11,169 nucleotides of DNA, taken from UHGV virus genome UHGV-0244975; one strand, written 5' to 3'. The stretch's first letter is position 1, and each line of letters opens with the position of its first letter. This DNA is from a virus. Positions 1 to 7,276 of the stretch are shown one piece after another. The notes under the pieces are model-generated. The model did not search any database. It saw nothing but the letters and a program-made list of their open reading frames with translations, and was not told the DNA's origin. The position numbers and the translations under genes were made by a program.

Positions 1-1
1 G

Positions 2-451
2 CTGGCCTGGGGAAAACAGTACGAGAACGACGCCAGAACTCTGTTTGAATTCACTTCCGGCGTGAATGTTACTGAATCCCCGATCATCTATCGCGACGAA
101 AGTATGCGCACCGCCTGCTCTCCCGATGGTTTATGCAGTGACGGCAATGGCCTTGAGCTGAAATGCCCGTTTACCTCCCGGGATTTCATGAAGTTCCGGC
201 TCGGTGGTTTCGAGGCCATAAAGTCGGCTTACATGGCCCAGGTGCAGTACAGCATGTGGGTGACGCGAAAAGATGCCTGGTACTTTGCCAACTATGACCC
301 GCGTATGAAGCGTGAAGGACTGCATTATGTCGTGGTTGAGCGGGATGAAAAGTACATGGCGAGTTTTGACGAGATGGTGCCGGAGTTCATCGAAAAAATG
401 GACGAGGCACTGGCTGAAATTGGTTTTGTATTTGGGGAGCAATGGCGATGA
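2..451 (+). CDS. exo: Lambda-type 5'-3' exonuclease (Red-alpha, YqaJ fold), C-terminal portion; 5' end lies left of the window
   Basis: The frame is open from the window edge ([23 protein letters not shown] precedes the first ATG at 62). The translation ends ...[19 protein letters not shown], which I recognise from memory as near-identical to the phage lambda Exo C-terminus. Stop TGA at 449-451. Confidence 0.85.
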   Translation: MAWGKQYENDARTLFEFTSGVNVTESPIIYRDESMRTACSPDGLCSDGNGLELKCPFTSRDFMKFRLGGFEAIKSAYMAQVQYSMWVTRKDAWYFANYDPRMKREGLHYVVVERDEKYMASFDEMVPEFIEKMDEALAEIGFVFGEQWR

Positions 452-606
452 CGCATCCTCACGATAATATCCGGGTAGGTGCGATCACTTTCGTCTACTC
501 CGTTACAAAGCGAGGCTGGGTATTTCCCGGCCTTTCTGTTATCCAAAATCCACTGAAAGCACAGCGGCTGGCTGAGAAGATAAATAATAAACAGGAGGAT
601 ATATGA
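448..606 (+). CDS. Small hypothetical ORF (52 aa), possibly translationally coupled between exo and the DGQHR gene
   Basis: Its ATG at 448-450 overlaps the exo stop (ATGA) and its TGA at 604-606 overlaps the ATG of the next gene (ATATGA). Translation [52 protein letters not shown]. It is below the 60-aa cut-off of the ORF track and has no obvious SD of its own. Confidence 0.3.
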   Translation: MTHPHDNIRVGAITFVYSVTKRGWVFPGLSVIQNPLKAQRLAEKINNKQEDI

Positions 607-1667
607 GTCAGGTTGGTAATCATTCATTCGAATTTCCGGCATCGCAAGGTGTACAGGGTGGTACTGTTACACTCTTCCTTACCATACCAGGAAGATCGCT
701 GGCTCGTTTCCTCGCTTCAGATAATTACGGCCATACACTGGAACGCTCTCAGCGAGAAATTAATCCAAATCGAGTACGAAAATTTTTAAATTATCTCACT
801 AACGCAGACTCAAGAAATGAGCCTTTTATCATTCCCCCTCTCGTAGGTAACTGTGATTCGAATATAGAATTTGTACCGTTTGGCAACACAAATGTTGGTA
901 TAGCCAGAATTCCCCTCGACGCCGAAATAAAACTTTTTGATGGTCAACATCGTGCAGCTGGCATTGAGATATTTTGCCGAAGTTCCCCATCAACGCTCAT
1001 GGTTCCCATGATGCTTACAATGAATCTGCCGCTAAAAACCCGGCAGCAGTTCTTTTCGGACATAAATAACAACGTTTCTAAGCCATCAGCGACCATCAAT
1101 ATGGCGTATAACGGCCGGGATGATATTGCTCAGGGAATGATATCCTTCCTGACCCAACATACTGTATTTGCCGATATAACCGATTTTGAACACAACGTAG
1201 TGCCATTAAAAAGTAATATGTGGGTGAGTTTCAAGGCACTCACTGATGCAACGTCAAAGTTCGCCAGGAACGGCAATCAACAACTTGAAATGGGATATAT
1301 AGAATCTGTCTGGGAGGCATGGATTACACTAACTCAGATTGACTCAATCCGACATGGTGTACACCACGCTACGTACAAGCGCGATTATATTCAGTTCCAT
1401 GGAGTAATGATTAACGCTTTCGGTTTTGCGGTTCAACAGATGATGGTTAATCATTCCATCGCAGAAATAACTTCTATGATCGAAAAACTATGTGCAACTA
1501 CCAGCTCTGCAGAAAGAGAGGATTTTTTTCTGATGGATAACTGGGCGGGGATCTGCACGAAAGCCAGCCAGGAAAAACTATCTGTTATTGCCAATGTGGC
1601 AGCGCAGAAAGCAGCAGCAAACAGACTGATACAAGCTTTTACCAAAGGAAGTCTGGAATTAACTTAA
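603..1667 (+). CDS. DndB-like DGQHR-domain protein (ParB/sulfiredoxin-fold), orphan
   Basis: 354-aa ORF with a strong SD (AGGAGG at 594-599) 4 nt before the ATG. The translation contains the exact signature ...AEIKLFDGQHRAAGIEIF..., the DGQHR motif that defines the DndB family. The gene is visibly AT-rich compared with flanking exo and int. Confidence 0.85.
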   Translation: MSQVGNHSFEFPASQGVQGGTVTLFLTIPGRSLARFLASDNYGHTLERSQREINPNRVRKFLNYLTNADSRNEPFIIPPLVGNCDSNIEFVPFGNTNVGIARIPLDAEIKLFDGQHRAAGIEIFCRSSPSTLMVPMMLTMNLPLKTRQQFFSDINNNVSKPSATINMAYNGRDDIAQGMISFLTQHTVFADITDFEHNVVPLKSNMWVSFKALTDATSKFARNGNQQLEMGYIESVWEAWITLTQIDSIRHGVHHATYKRDYIQFHGVMINAFGFAVQQMMVNHSIAEITSMIEKLCATTSSAEREDFFLMDNWAGICTKASQEKLSVIANVAAQKAAANRLIQAFTKGSLELT

Positions 1668-1820
1668 TGAATCAACATTGTCTCATATCAGCATGCTGTA
1701 CGGCGTCTTTAAGGAACGGTGAGCATGAAAAACAAAATCATCATGGAGCTACAGGCTCCTTTTTTATTGTTCGCATTCACCCTCAAGCGTATTAACCAAC
1801 AATTTAGGGATTAATGGAAG

Positions 1821-2039
1821 ATGGCAGACATCATTGATTCAGCATCAGAAATTGAAGAATTACAGCGCAACACAGCAATAAAAATGCACCGCCTGAACCA
1901 CCAGGCTATATCTGCCACTCATTGTTGTGAGTGTGGCGATCCGATAGATGAACTAAGACGTCTGGCCGTTCAGGGTTGTCGGACTTGTGCAAGTTGCCAG
2001 GAGGAGATCGAACTTAAGAACAAACAATGGGGATTGTGA
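1821..2039 (+). CDS. TraR/DksA-family C4-type zinc-finger protein
   Basis: 72 aa with two Cys pairs, C-C-E-C-G ... C-R-T-C-A-S-C, spaced as in TraR/DksA C4 zinc fingers, and a size typical of phage TraR-like proteins. Confidence 0.8.
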   Translation: MADIIDSASEIEELQRNTAIKMHRLNHQAISATHCCECGDPIDELRRLAVQGCRTCASCQEEIELKNKQWGL

Positions 2040-2086
2040 TGGCCTCAAAGCAGCAAATTTCAACATCGTCCAACTGAGGTGTAAAA

Positions 2087-2326
2087 ATGTTCAGAATCAT
2101 TTTTCCTAACACCTGGTACGTCGACCACCACGGCACTCCCTGCAAAATCCTGCGTTCTACCCACAACAAAGTTCACTACATCCGAAAAGGCAGAACATGT
2201 ATCGCCAGCATGTTCCGCTTTAATCATGACTTTGAACCTGTGAGTAAAGTGGAATCAGAGCGGATAGCCGAAGAGATCGATACAGCAGAACACATTAAGA
2301 AGTTACGTGCCATACGCAGGAAATAG
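2087..2326 (+). CDS. Hypothetical protein (79 aa)
   Basis: ORF in the same orientation as the surrounding operon, with GAGG 7-8 nt upstream of the ATG. No motif recognised. Confidence 0.55.
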   Translation: MFRIIFPNTWYVDHHGTPCKILRSTHNKVHYIRKGRTCIASMFRFNHDFEPVSKVESERIAEEIDTAEHIKKLRAIRRK

Positions 2327-2465
2327 AAAAATTGATAAATTCAATACTGCATTTCTCAGCATTAAATTTATCTCTATGACCAGTCAAGAGATGTACCTGC
2401 CATGAGCTTAATATCATGTCAGATATATCGGTCACAAACTCCCTCAGCAGCTAAGAGGAGGACAA

Positions 2466-2702
2466 ATGTCTCGACTAATCACTTTACAGGACTGGGCTAA
2501 AGAAGAATTTGGGGACTTAGCACCAAGTGAGCGAGTTCTGAAAAAATACGCGCAAGGGAAAATGATGGCCCCACCCGCTATAAAAGTTGGTCGCTACTGG
2601 ATGATTGACCGAAATTCCCGTTTTGTAGGAACGCTTGCAGAACCGCAACTCCCAATAAACGCAAACCCAAAACTCCAACGGATAATCGCTGATGGCTGCT
2701 AG
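2466..2702 (+). CDS. xis: Excisionase (Xis-type DNA-binding protein)
   Basis: 78 aa, preceded by a strong SD (AAGAGGAGG). The N-terminus MSRLITLQDWAKEEFG...IKVGRYWMIDRNSRF has the pattern of lambdoid excisionases. Its 3' end overlaps the int start by 11 nt, as xis-int pairs do. Confidence 0.8.
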   Translation: MSRLITLQDWAKEEFGDLAPSERVLKKYAQGKMMAPPAIKVGRYWMIDRNSRFVGTLAEPQLPINANPKLQRIIADGC

Positions 2703-3834
2703 ACCCCGATCTCACAAAATCTCTATACCCAATTTATATTGCAAATTAGATAAGCGAACCGGAAAGGTATATTGGCAATACAAACATCCACTATCCGGTC
2801 GTTTTCATAGCTTAGGAACTGATGAGAATGAAGCAAAACAAGTTGCTACTGAAGCAAATACCATTATTGCTGAACAACGTACCAGACAAATATTAAGCGT
2901 CAATGAGCGTCTGGAAAGAATGAAAGGCAGGCGCTCAGACATTACGGTGACAGAATGGCTTGATAAATATATTTCTATCCAGGAGGACAGGCTGCAACAT
3001 AATGAACTAAGACCCAACTCCTATCGGCAAAAAGGCAAACCCATTCGTCTTTTCCGTGAGCATTGTGGAATGCAACACCTCAAGGATATTACCGCACTTG
3101 ATATTGCCGAAATAATTGATGCTGTAAAGGCTGAAGGTCATAACAGGATGGCGCAAGTCGTGAGAATGGTGTTAATCGACGTCTTCAAAGAAGCACAACA
3201 CGCAGGACATGTTCCGCCAGGATTTAACCCAGCGCAGGCAACAAAACAACCGCGAAATCGAGTAAACCGCCAAAGATTATCACTGCCCGAATGGCAGGCA
3301 ATATTTGACAGCGTAAGCAGACGGCAGCCCTATTTAAAATGCGGGATGCTACTTGCTCTTGTCACTGGACAACGTTTAGGCGATATCTGCAATTTGAAAT
3401 TCTCTGATATCTGGGACGACATGTTGCACATTACTCAGGAAAAAACCGGTTCAAAACTTGCTATTCCGCTTAACCTGAAATGCGATGCTCTGAATATTAC
3501 CCTTCGTGAAGTTATATCTCAGTGCAGGGATGCTGTTGTTAGTAAATATCTGGTCCATTACCGTCACACAACCTCTCAAGCAAACAGAGGGGACCAGGTT
3601 TCTGCGAATACTCTGACAACAGCTTTTAAAAAGGCCAGGGAAAAATGTGGCATAAAATGGGAGCAAGGAACCGCGCCCACATTTCATGAGCAGCGATCTC
3701 TGTCAGAACGGTTATATCGGGAACAGGGTCTGGATACGCAAAAGTTGTTAGGTCATAAATCCAGAAAAATGACCGACCGATACAATGATGATCGTGGTAA
3801 AGACTGGGTTATCGTAGATATGAAAACAGCATAG
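2692..3834 (+). CDS. int: Tyrosine site-specific integrase, lambda Int family
   Basis: 380 aa. The N-terminus MAARPRSHKISIPNLYCKLDKRTGK parallels the lambda Int arm-binding domain, and the C-terminus carries the catalytic signature ...TFHEQRSLSERLY...LLGHKSRKMTDRYNDDRG (His-x-x-Arg ... Tyr). It reads toward the adjacent icd fragment. Confidence 0.92.
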   Translation: MAARPRSHKISIPNLYCKLDKRTGKVYWQYKHPLSGRFHSLGTDENEAKQVATEANTIIAEQRTRQILSVNERLERMKGRRSDITVTEWLDKYISIQEDRLQHNELRPNSYRQKGKPIRLFREHCGMQHLKDITALDIAEIIDAVKAEGHNRMAQVVRMVLIDVFKEAQHAGHVPPGFNPAQATKQPRNRVNRQRLSLPEWQAIFDSVSRRQPYLKCGMLLALVTGQRLGDICNLKFSDIWDDMLHITQEKTGSKLAIPLNLKCDALNITLREVISQCRDAVVSKYLVHYRHTTSQANRGDQVSANTLTTAFKKAREKCGIKWEQGTAPTFHEQRSLSERLYREQGLDTQKLLGHKSRKMTDRYNDDRGKDWVIVDMKTA

Positions 3835-3844
3835 AAAATAGCCA

Positions 3845-3881
3845 GTTTTGGGGAAGGGTTTTGGGGAAAGTTTTGGGGAAG
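3845..3881. repeat. Three tandem direct repeats GTTTTGGGGAA(A)G just 3' of int; candidate arm-type Int-binding sites (P' arm)
   Basis: Directly visible: gttttggggaag / gttttggggaaag / gttttggggaag, head to tail, 11 nt after the int stop. Lambda attP has three tandem arm-type Int sites in the equivalent position. The binding function is inferred. Confidence 0.6.
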
Positions 3882-3901
3882 ATTTTACATCATCATAAAA
3901 C

Positions 3902-3924
3902 AACGGGCGTGTTATACGCCCGTT
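3902..3924. terminator. GC-rich hairpin, candidate bidirectional rho-independent terminator (icd fragment on -, int on +)
   Basis: Perfect 9-bp inverted repeat AACGGGCGT-gttat-ACGCCCGTT. On the - strand it is followed by GTTTTAT, 24 nt after the icd-fragment stop; on the + strand by acagTTTTT. Confidence 0.5.
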
Positions 3925-3947
3925 ACAGTTTTTAACGCATGCAGAAA

Positions 3948-4112
3948 TTACATGTTCTTGATGATCGCGTCACCAAACTCTGAACATTTCAGCAGTTTAG
4001 CGCCTTCCATCAGACGTTCGAAGTCATAGGTTACAGTCTTCGCGTTGATCGCGCCTTCCATACCTTTAACAATCAGGTCTGCGGCTTCAGTCCAACCCAT
4101 ATGGCGCAGCAT
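3948..4112 (-). pseudogene. icd: Promoterless 3'-terminal fragment of the isocitrate dehydrogenase gene (54 codons plus stop): phage-borne att-associated icd segment
   Basis: The - strand translates to [54 protein letters not shown], matching the Icd C-terminus as I recall it. Homology stops abruptly at 4112 (next upstream codons are Leu then a stop), so no upstream icd body is present. Confidence 0.85.
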
Positions 4113-4345
4113 TAGTTAGATGACTAAATCGTAACTATTTGACATAGCAACATAATTTTACTAATTTGCATATAACTCATTAGCTCTTAGCATTTCTATA
4201 ACTCATTGATTATAAACATGTGTTTTTGAGTTTTGATAACCATTTTTAGCATAAAAATAGCAGTTAACATTTGCAGAAGTTAAGATCAGAGAAAATTTTT
4301 ATCCTGTAGGGTATTACGTCTTAAATGTGACTTTAATAAACAATT

Positions 4346-5179
4346 TTATTTCTGTAATCGGTTTATATTAACGTAAAGCATCTCGATTAGTTCTTTTGCA
4401 TTTTTACTATAGTGCAATTCTCTATGACAATTCGGACAAAGGGCAACACAGTTATCTGTTGTATCAGCACCACCTGAAAACAGGGGAATTACATGATGCA
4501 CTTCCAAATATGGGTTTCCATCATTTAAATAAAACGGAGCATTTTTACCACAGTTTTCACATATACCTTTACTTTGCTGTAAAATCCAAGCTTTTACCAT
4601 CGGGTCTCGGACATAAACTTTTTGTAGTCTTTCTACCTCAACTGGTTTCCTGGAGCCATCGGGTTGACTCAACGTTTTCTTAATTAATTTACTAACCCTC
4701 ATATTCAGAAGCGATTCATCATCTGTAGGCTGTGAAAGCTCTGATAGTTCTCCACGTATTATAGACGCCCAAAAACTGTCACTATAAATACCTGGAACAT
4801 TTATCAATATTCGTTTCGTTCTATTGCCGGAAGGAATTTCCTTTCTCCCCGTATGACTAAAATAAGCCTGATAACCACACATCTTCAAGCGTATATCGCG
4901 GGGGCTATTACCAATCAAAGTAAAATATTCACCAGGATGGACTTTTCTTTCATCCAAAGAATGCATATGTTTTCTGACTGATGATGACGCCAGATATACT
5001 ACGACTTGGGATACACCAGAATCAACCAACCGTTCAATGATATAATCAAGAGCGATATTGTAATCTTTGTTTCTGTCACCCGGCCCCCACGACTCAAGGA
5101 TTAGACCATAAACACCATCCTCTTCACCTATCAAACACTCTGCTTTCAGTTCAATTCCATTATTATCAAAAACATGCAT
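4346..5179 (-). CDS. mcrA: McrA, HNH endonuclease (Type IV modification-dependent restriction)
   Basis: 277 aa. The C-terminal HNH motif is explicit: CENCGKNAPFYLNDGNPYLEVHHVIPLFSGGADTTDNCVALCPNCHRELHY. The overall sequence is recognised from memory as McrA of e14. The gene is very AT-rich. Confidence 0.9.
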   Translation of the reverse strand: MHVFDNNGIELKAECLIGEEDGVYGLILESWGPGDRNKDYNIALDYIIERLVDSGVSQVVVYLASSSVRKHMHSLDERKVHPGEYFTLIGNSPRDIRLKMCGYQAYFSHTGRKEIPSGNRTKRILINVPGIYSDSFWASIIRGELSELSQPTDDESLLNMRVSKLIKKTLSQPDGSRKPVEVERLQKVYVRDPMVKAWILQQSKGICENCGKNAPFYLNDGNPYLEVHHVIPLFSGGADTTDNCVALCPNCHRELHYSKNAKELIEMLYVNINRLQK

Positions 5180-5285
5180 AATATTAATCTTTAATCAATT
5201 TTTCACGACAATACTACTTTTATTGATAAAATTGCTACAAGTTGCTGTTGTTTTACTTTCTTTTGTACACAAAGTGTCTTTAACT

Positions 5286-5840
5286 TTATTTATCCCCTGC
5301 AGGAAACCTCTTATACAAAGTTGACACACCAACATCATAGATAATCGCCACCTTCTGGCGAGGAACTCCTGATGCAATTAATCGTCCGGCCTGTGCCCAT
5401 TGTTCTGGTGTAAGTTTGGGACGACGTCCACCAATTCGTCCCTGTGCGCGAGCAGCTTCCAGTCCAGCTTTTGTTCTTTCAACAATCAGTTCACGCTCCA
5501 TTTCAGCCAGGGCACCCATCACATGAAAGAAAAAGCGCCCCATTGGGGTACTGGTATCAATTGAATCCGTCAGACTACGAAAGTTGATGCCTCGTTCGCG
5601 CAACTCCTCCACCAGCACGACAAGATGCCGCATACTGCGCCCCAGCCGGTCCAGTTTCCAGACCACCAGCGTGTCACCTGCCGATAATGTCCTGAGCAGT
5701 TTTTTCAGTCCCGGCCTTTCGGACTTTGTACCGCTTATCTTGTCTTCAAAAATCAGCTCGCATCCTGCACAGTTCAGCGCATTACGTTGTAGATCTGTGT
5801 TCTGGTCATTTGTTGACACACGTACATAGCCAATAAGCAT
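5286..5840 (-). CDS. pin: Serine DNA invertase, Pin (Hin/Gin/Cin family)
   Basis: N-terminus MLIGYVRVSTNDQNTDLQ with the catalytic Ser in the YVRVSTNDQ resolvase motif, and a C-terminal HTH. Start chosen at the internal ATG 5838-5840, preceded by AGGGAG, giving 184 aa; the 196-aa track ORF starts 12 codons upstream. Confidence 0.9.
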   Translation of the reverse strand: MLIGYVRVSTNDQNTDLQRNALNCAGCELIFEDKISGTKSERPGLKKLLRTLSAGDTLVVWKLDRLGRSMRHLVVLVEELRERGINFRSLTDSIDTSTPMGRFFFHVMGALAEMERELIVERTKAGLEAARAQGRIGGRRPKLTPEQWAQAGRLIASGVPRQKVAIIYDVGVSTLYKRFPAGDK

Positions 5841-5866
5841 GGTAGCTCTCCCTGACAAAAGCAGGA

Positions 5867-6265
5867 ATGATGCCATTTGCTCGTTATTTCTGCATTTTCA
5901 TAAACGTTGGTTTAGGAGAAGCGGCGAAAAGGGATGTGGGCACAGGAGATAATCAGATACCGGATATGGGAGCATTCGCTTCTGGTTCGGGATGGTTCAG
6001 GCTACCAGGTGGATATATTGTTCAGTTTGGCACTTTTTCAGGAAACACGACCCGCTTTATCAGTGGACACTTCCCTATACCATTCCCTAATCAGCCGATG
6101 GTTTCAGTCAGTGTTATGTCTGATGCCGTTCAGTCAGACCCGTCGAATCCTGCCCCGCAGGTTTTGTCTGTAAATTTTGAACATATCAGTAATTCAGCGT
6201 GGCGTGTGGCAACCAGTGATATCTCACAGCAATACAGATTCAGTTATATTTCGATAGGACGGTAG
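5867..6265 (+). CDS. Alternative tail-fibre C-terminal variable segment, silent in this orientation
   Basis: The frame opens at 5846 just inside the invertible segment and has no credible own start. It encodes NVGLGE at the crossover site, matching ENLGLGE of the expressed fibre, and is followed immediately by a tfa gene. Confidence 0.7.
   Translation: MMPFARYFCIFINVGLGEAAKRDVGTGDNQIPDMGAFASGSGWFRLPGGYIVQFGTFSGNTTRFISGHFPIPFPNQPMVSVSVMSDAVQSDPSNPAPQVLSVNFEHISNSAWRVATSDISQQYRFSYISIGR
5895..5920. repeat. Inversion crossover site, hix/gix/pix-like 26-bp site proximal to pin
   Basis: ttttcataaacgTTggtttaggagaa. Its reverse complement TTCTCCTAAACC-AA-CGTTTATGAAAA resembles the hix/gix half-site pattern and is an inverted copy of the site at 7717-7742. 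Confidence 0.7.
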
Positions 6266-6267
6266 AA

Positions 6268-6708
6268 ATGCAGAAATATATTTTCAGTGCCGATAAAAAT
6301 GCGTTTTTCCCTGTGGAGCTTAAAATCGCTTATCAGGAATCCGGCGAATGGCCCGATGATGGAATCGAAATTGACGACACTGTTGCTGCCGAATTTATGA
6401 AGGAAGCACCAGAAGGAAAATACAGAGGTGTCATCGACGGAATGCCTGCATGGATTGATATTCCACCGCCAACTCATGAGGAACAAATTGCCGCAGCCGA
6501 ACTGAAAAAGCAGCAATTGATTAATCAGGTCAACGAATACATAAACAGTAAGCAATGGCCTGGTAAAGCGGCGATTGGTCGCCTGAAAGGTGAGGAACTG
6601 GTGCAATATAATTTGTGGCTGGATTATCTGGACGCACTGGAACTGGTCGATACTTCCGGTGCGCCAGATATTGAATGGCCTACGCCTCCGGCAGTTCAGG
6701 CCAGATGA
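6268..6708 (+). CDS. Tail fibre assembly protein (chaperone for the silent fibre variant)
   Basis: 146 aa. The C-terminus ...[24 protein letters not shown] resembles the conserved Tfa C-terminal region. It starts 3 nt after the silent fibre segment stop. Confidence 0.8.
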   Translation: MQKYIFSADKNAFFPVELKIAYQESGEWPDDGIEIDDTVAAEFMKEAPEGKYRGVIDGMPAWIDIPPPTHEEQIAAAELKKQQLINQVNEYINSKQWPGKAAIGRLKGEELVQYNLWLDYLDALELVDTSGAPDIEWPTPPAVQAR

Positions 6709-7276
6709 CATCCGGTGCGGTGCTGGTATCTGTTGCCGTCACCGCGTCAATATAATCCAGCACAGCGTTAAGTCGGGTGTTTTCTGGCTGCGTCAGCTTC
6801 CGCCCGGCCTGTAATTTCAGTTGAATCAGACTGATGGAAGCCATTGCAGCATCAATCAGCGACTGGCGCTGTGCTTCTGCCGCTTCTACTGCGGCGCTAT
6901 GCTGTGCCTCGGTATCCGTCACCCATTTCTCACCATCCCATTTATCGTATGGCGTTAACGGTGAAAGCGTGACATAACCGTCTTTGATGGCACCGATATA
7001 ATCCACTGTAACAGCTGCACCATTTTCTGTTGAGTAAACAGTCTCATTGCGATGGTCTTCTTCATGGCTCCATCCCTTACCCGTAAATACTGCCACTTTT
7101 CCCGGAATGTTTTCGCCCGGGTCAATACCAGTGGAACAGGCGGGCATACTTACACCAGTATTAATATATTCATCAGACCAGCCCGTATATTCATACGTTA
7201 CTGCATCATAATAAAAACAACGCATATCGCCCGGCACTGTAGCCAGTCCATTTTCATCAAAAATTGGGGTCATCAT
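6680..7276 (-). CDS. Tail fibre assembly protein (for the currently expressed fibre)
   Basis: 198 aa. The C-terminus ...[24 protein letters not shown] parallels the other Tfa. Its start overlaps the tail-fibre stop (coupled). Confidence 0.8.
   Translation of the reverse strand: MMTPIFDENGLATVPGDMRCFYYDAVTYEYTGWSDEYINTGVSMPACSTGIDPGENIPGKVAVFTGKGWSHEEDHRNETVYSTENGAAVTVDYIGAIKDGYVTLSPLTPYDKWDGEKWVTDTEAQHSAAVEAAEAQRQSLIDAAMASISLIQLKLQAGRKLTQPENTRLNAVLDYIDAVTATDTSTAPDVIWPELPEA

Larger units (their letters stand above)
1..4112 (+). mobile_element. Lambdoid temperate-phage integration/early-left arm (exo ... xis, int, P' arm and icd fragment), phage 21/e14-type att specificity
   Basis: Co-oriented exo-accessory-xis-int block ending in an att-associated icd 3' segment. 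Integration into the icd 3' end is established for phage 21 and e14. Confidence 0.7.

Noticed and set aside
131-642. Track ORFs 131..442 (-) and 325..642 (-), antisense to exo and the exo-DGQHR junction
   Set aside because: They are shadow frames opposite a well-supported exo reading frame, with no recognisable motif or convincing start context.
1451-1645. Track ORF 1451..1645 (-), 64 aa
   Set aside because: Lies entirely inside the DGQHR coding region on the opposite strand; likely a shadow ORF.
1725-1814. 29-codon ORF (MKNKIIMELQAPFLLFAFTLKRINQQFRD) in the DGQHR-TraR intergenic region; a 45-codon frame starting on the DGQHR stop was also seen
   Set aside because: Too short, with only a weak SD-like GGTGAG and no conservation evidence. 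Left unannotated, though a small membrane peptide cannot be excluded.
2805-3687. Track ORFs 2805..3017 (-) and 3451..3687 (-)
   Set aside because: Antisense shadow frames inside the integrase gene.
3845-3881. Possibility that the GTTTTGGGGAA repeats are a CRISPR array or telomere-like repeat
   Set aside because: Only three units, no spacers between them and no cas genes; their position at the int-proximal att arm favours arm-type binding sites.
4396-4683. Track ORF 4396..4683 (+), 95 aa
   Set aside because: Antisense within mcrA; AT-rich sequence gives long chance frames.
5195-5876. Track ORFs 5195..5377 (-) and 5584..5829 (+), and the 196-aa extended pin ORF starting at 5876
   Set aside because: The first two overlap pin in other frames or strands. 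The 12-codon N-terminal extension of pin lacks an SD and is not part of the conserved MLIGYVRVS invertase N-terminus; the internal ATG at 5838-5840 with AGGGAG upstream was preferred.
5934-6173. Track ORF 5934..6173 (+), 79 aa
   Set aside because: Alternative frame inside the silent tail-fibre segment. The 5867..6265 frame is the one continuous with the crossover-site codons.
6244-6814. Track ORFs 6244..6711 (-) and 6590..6814 (+)
   Set aside because: Antisense or alternative-frame overlaps of the two tfa genes, which carry the conserved Tfa C-terminal motif in their own frames.
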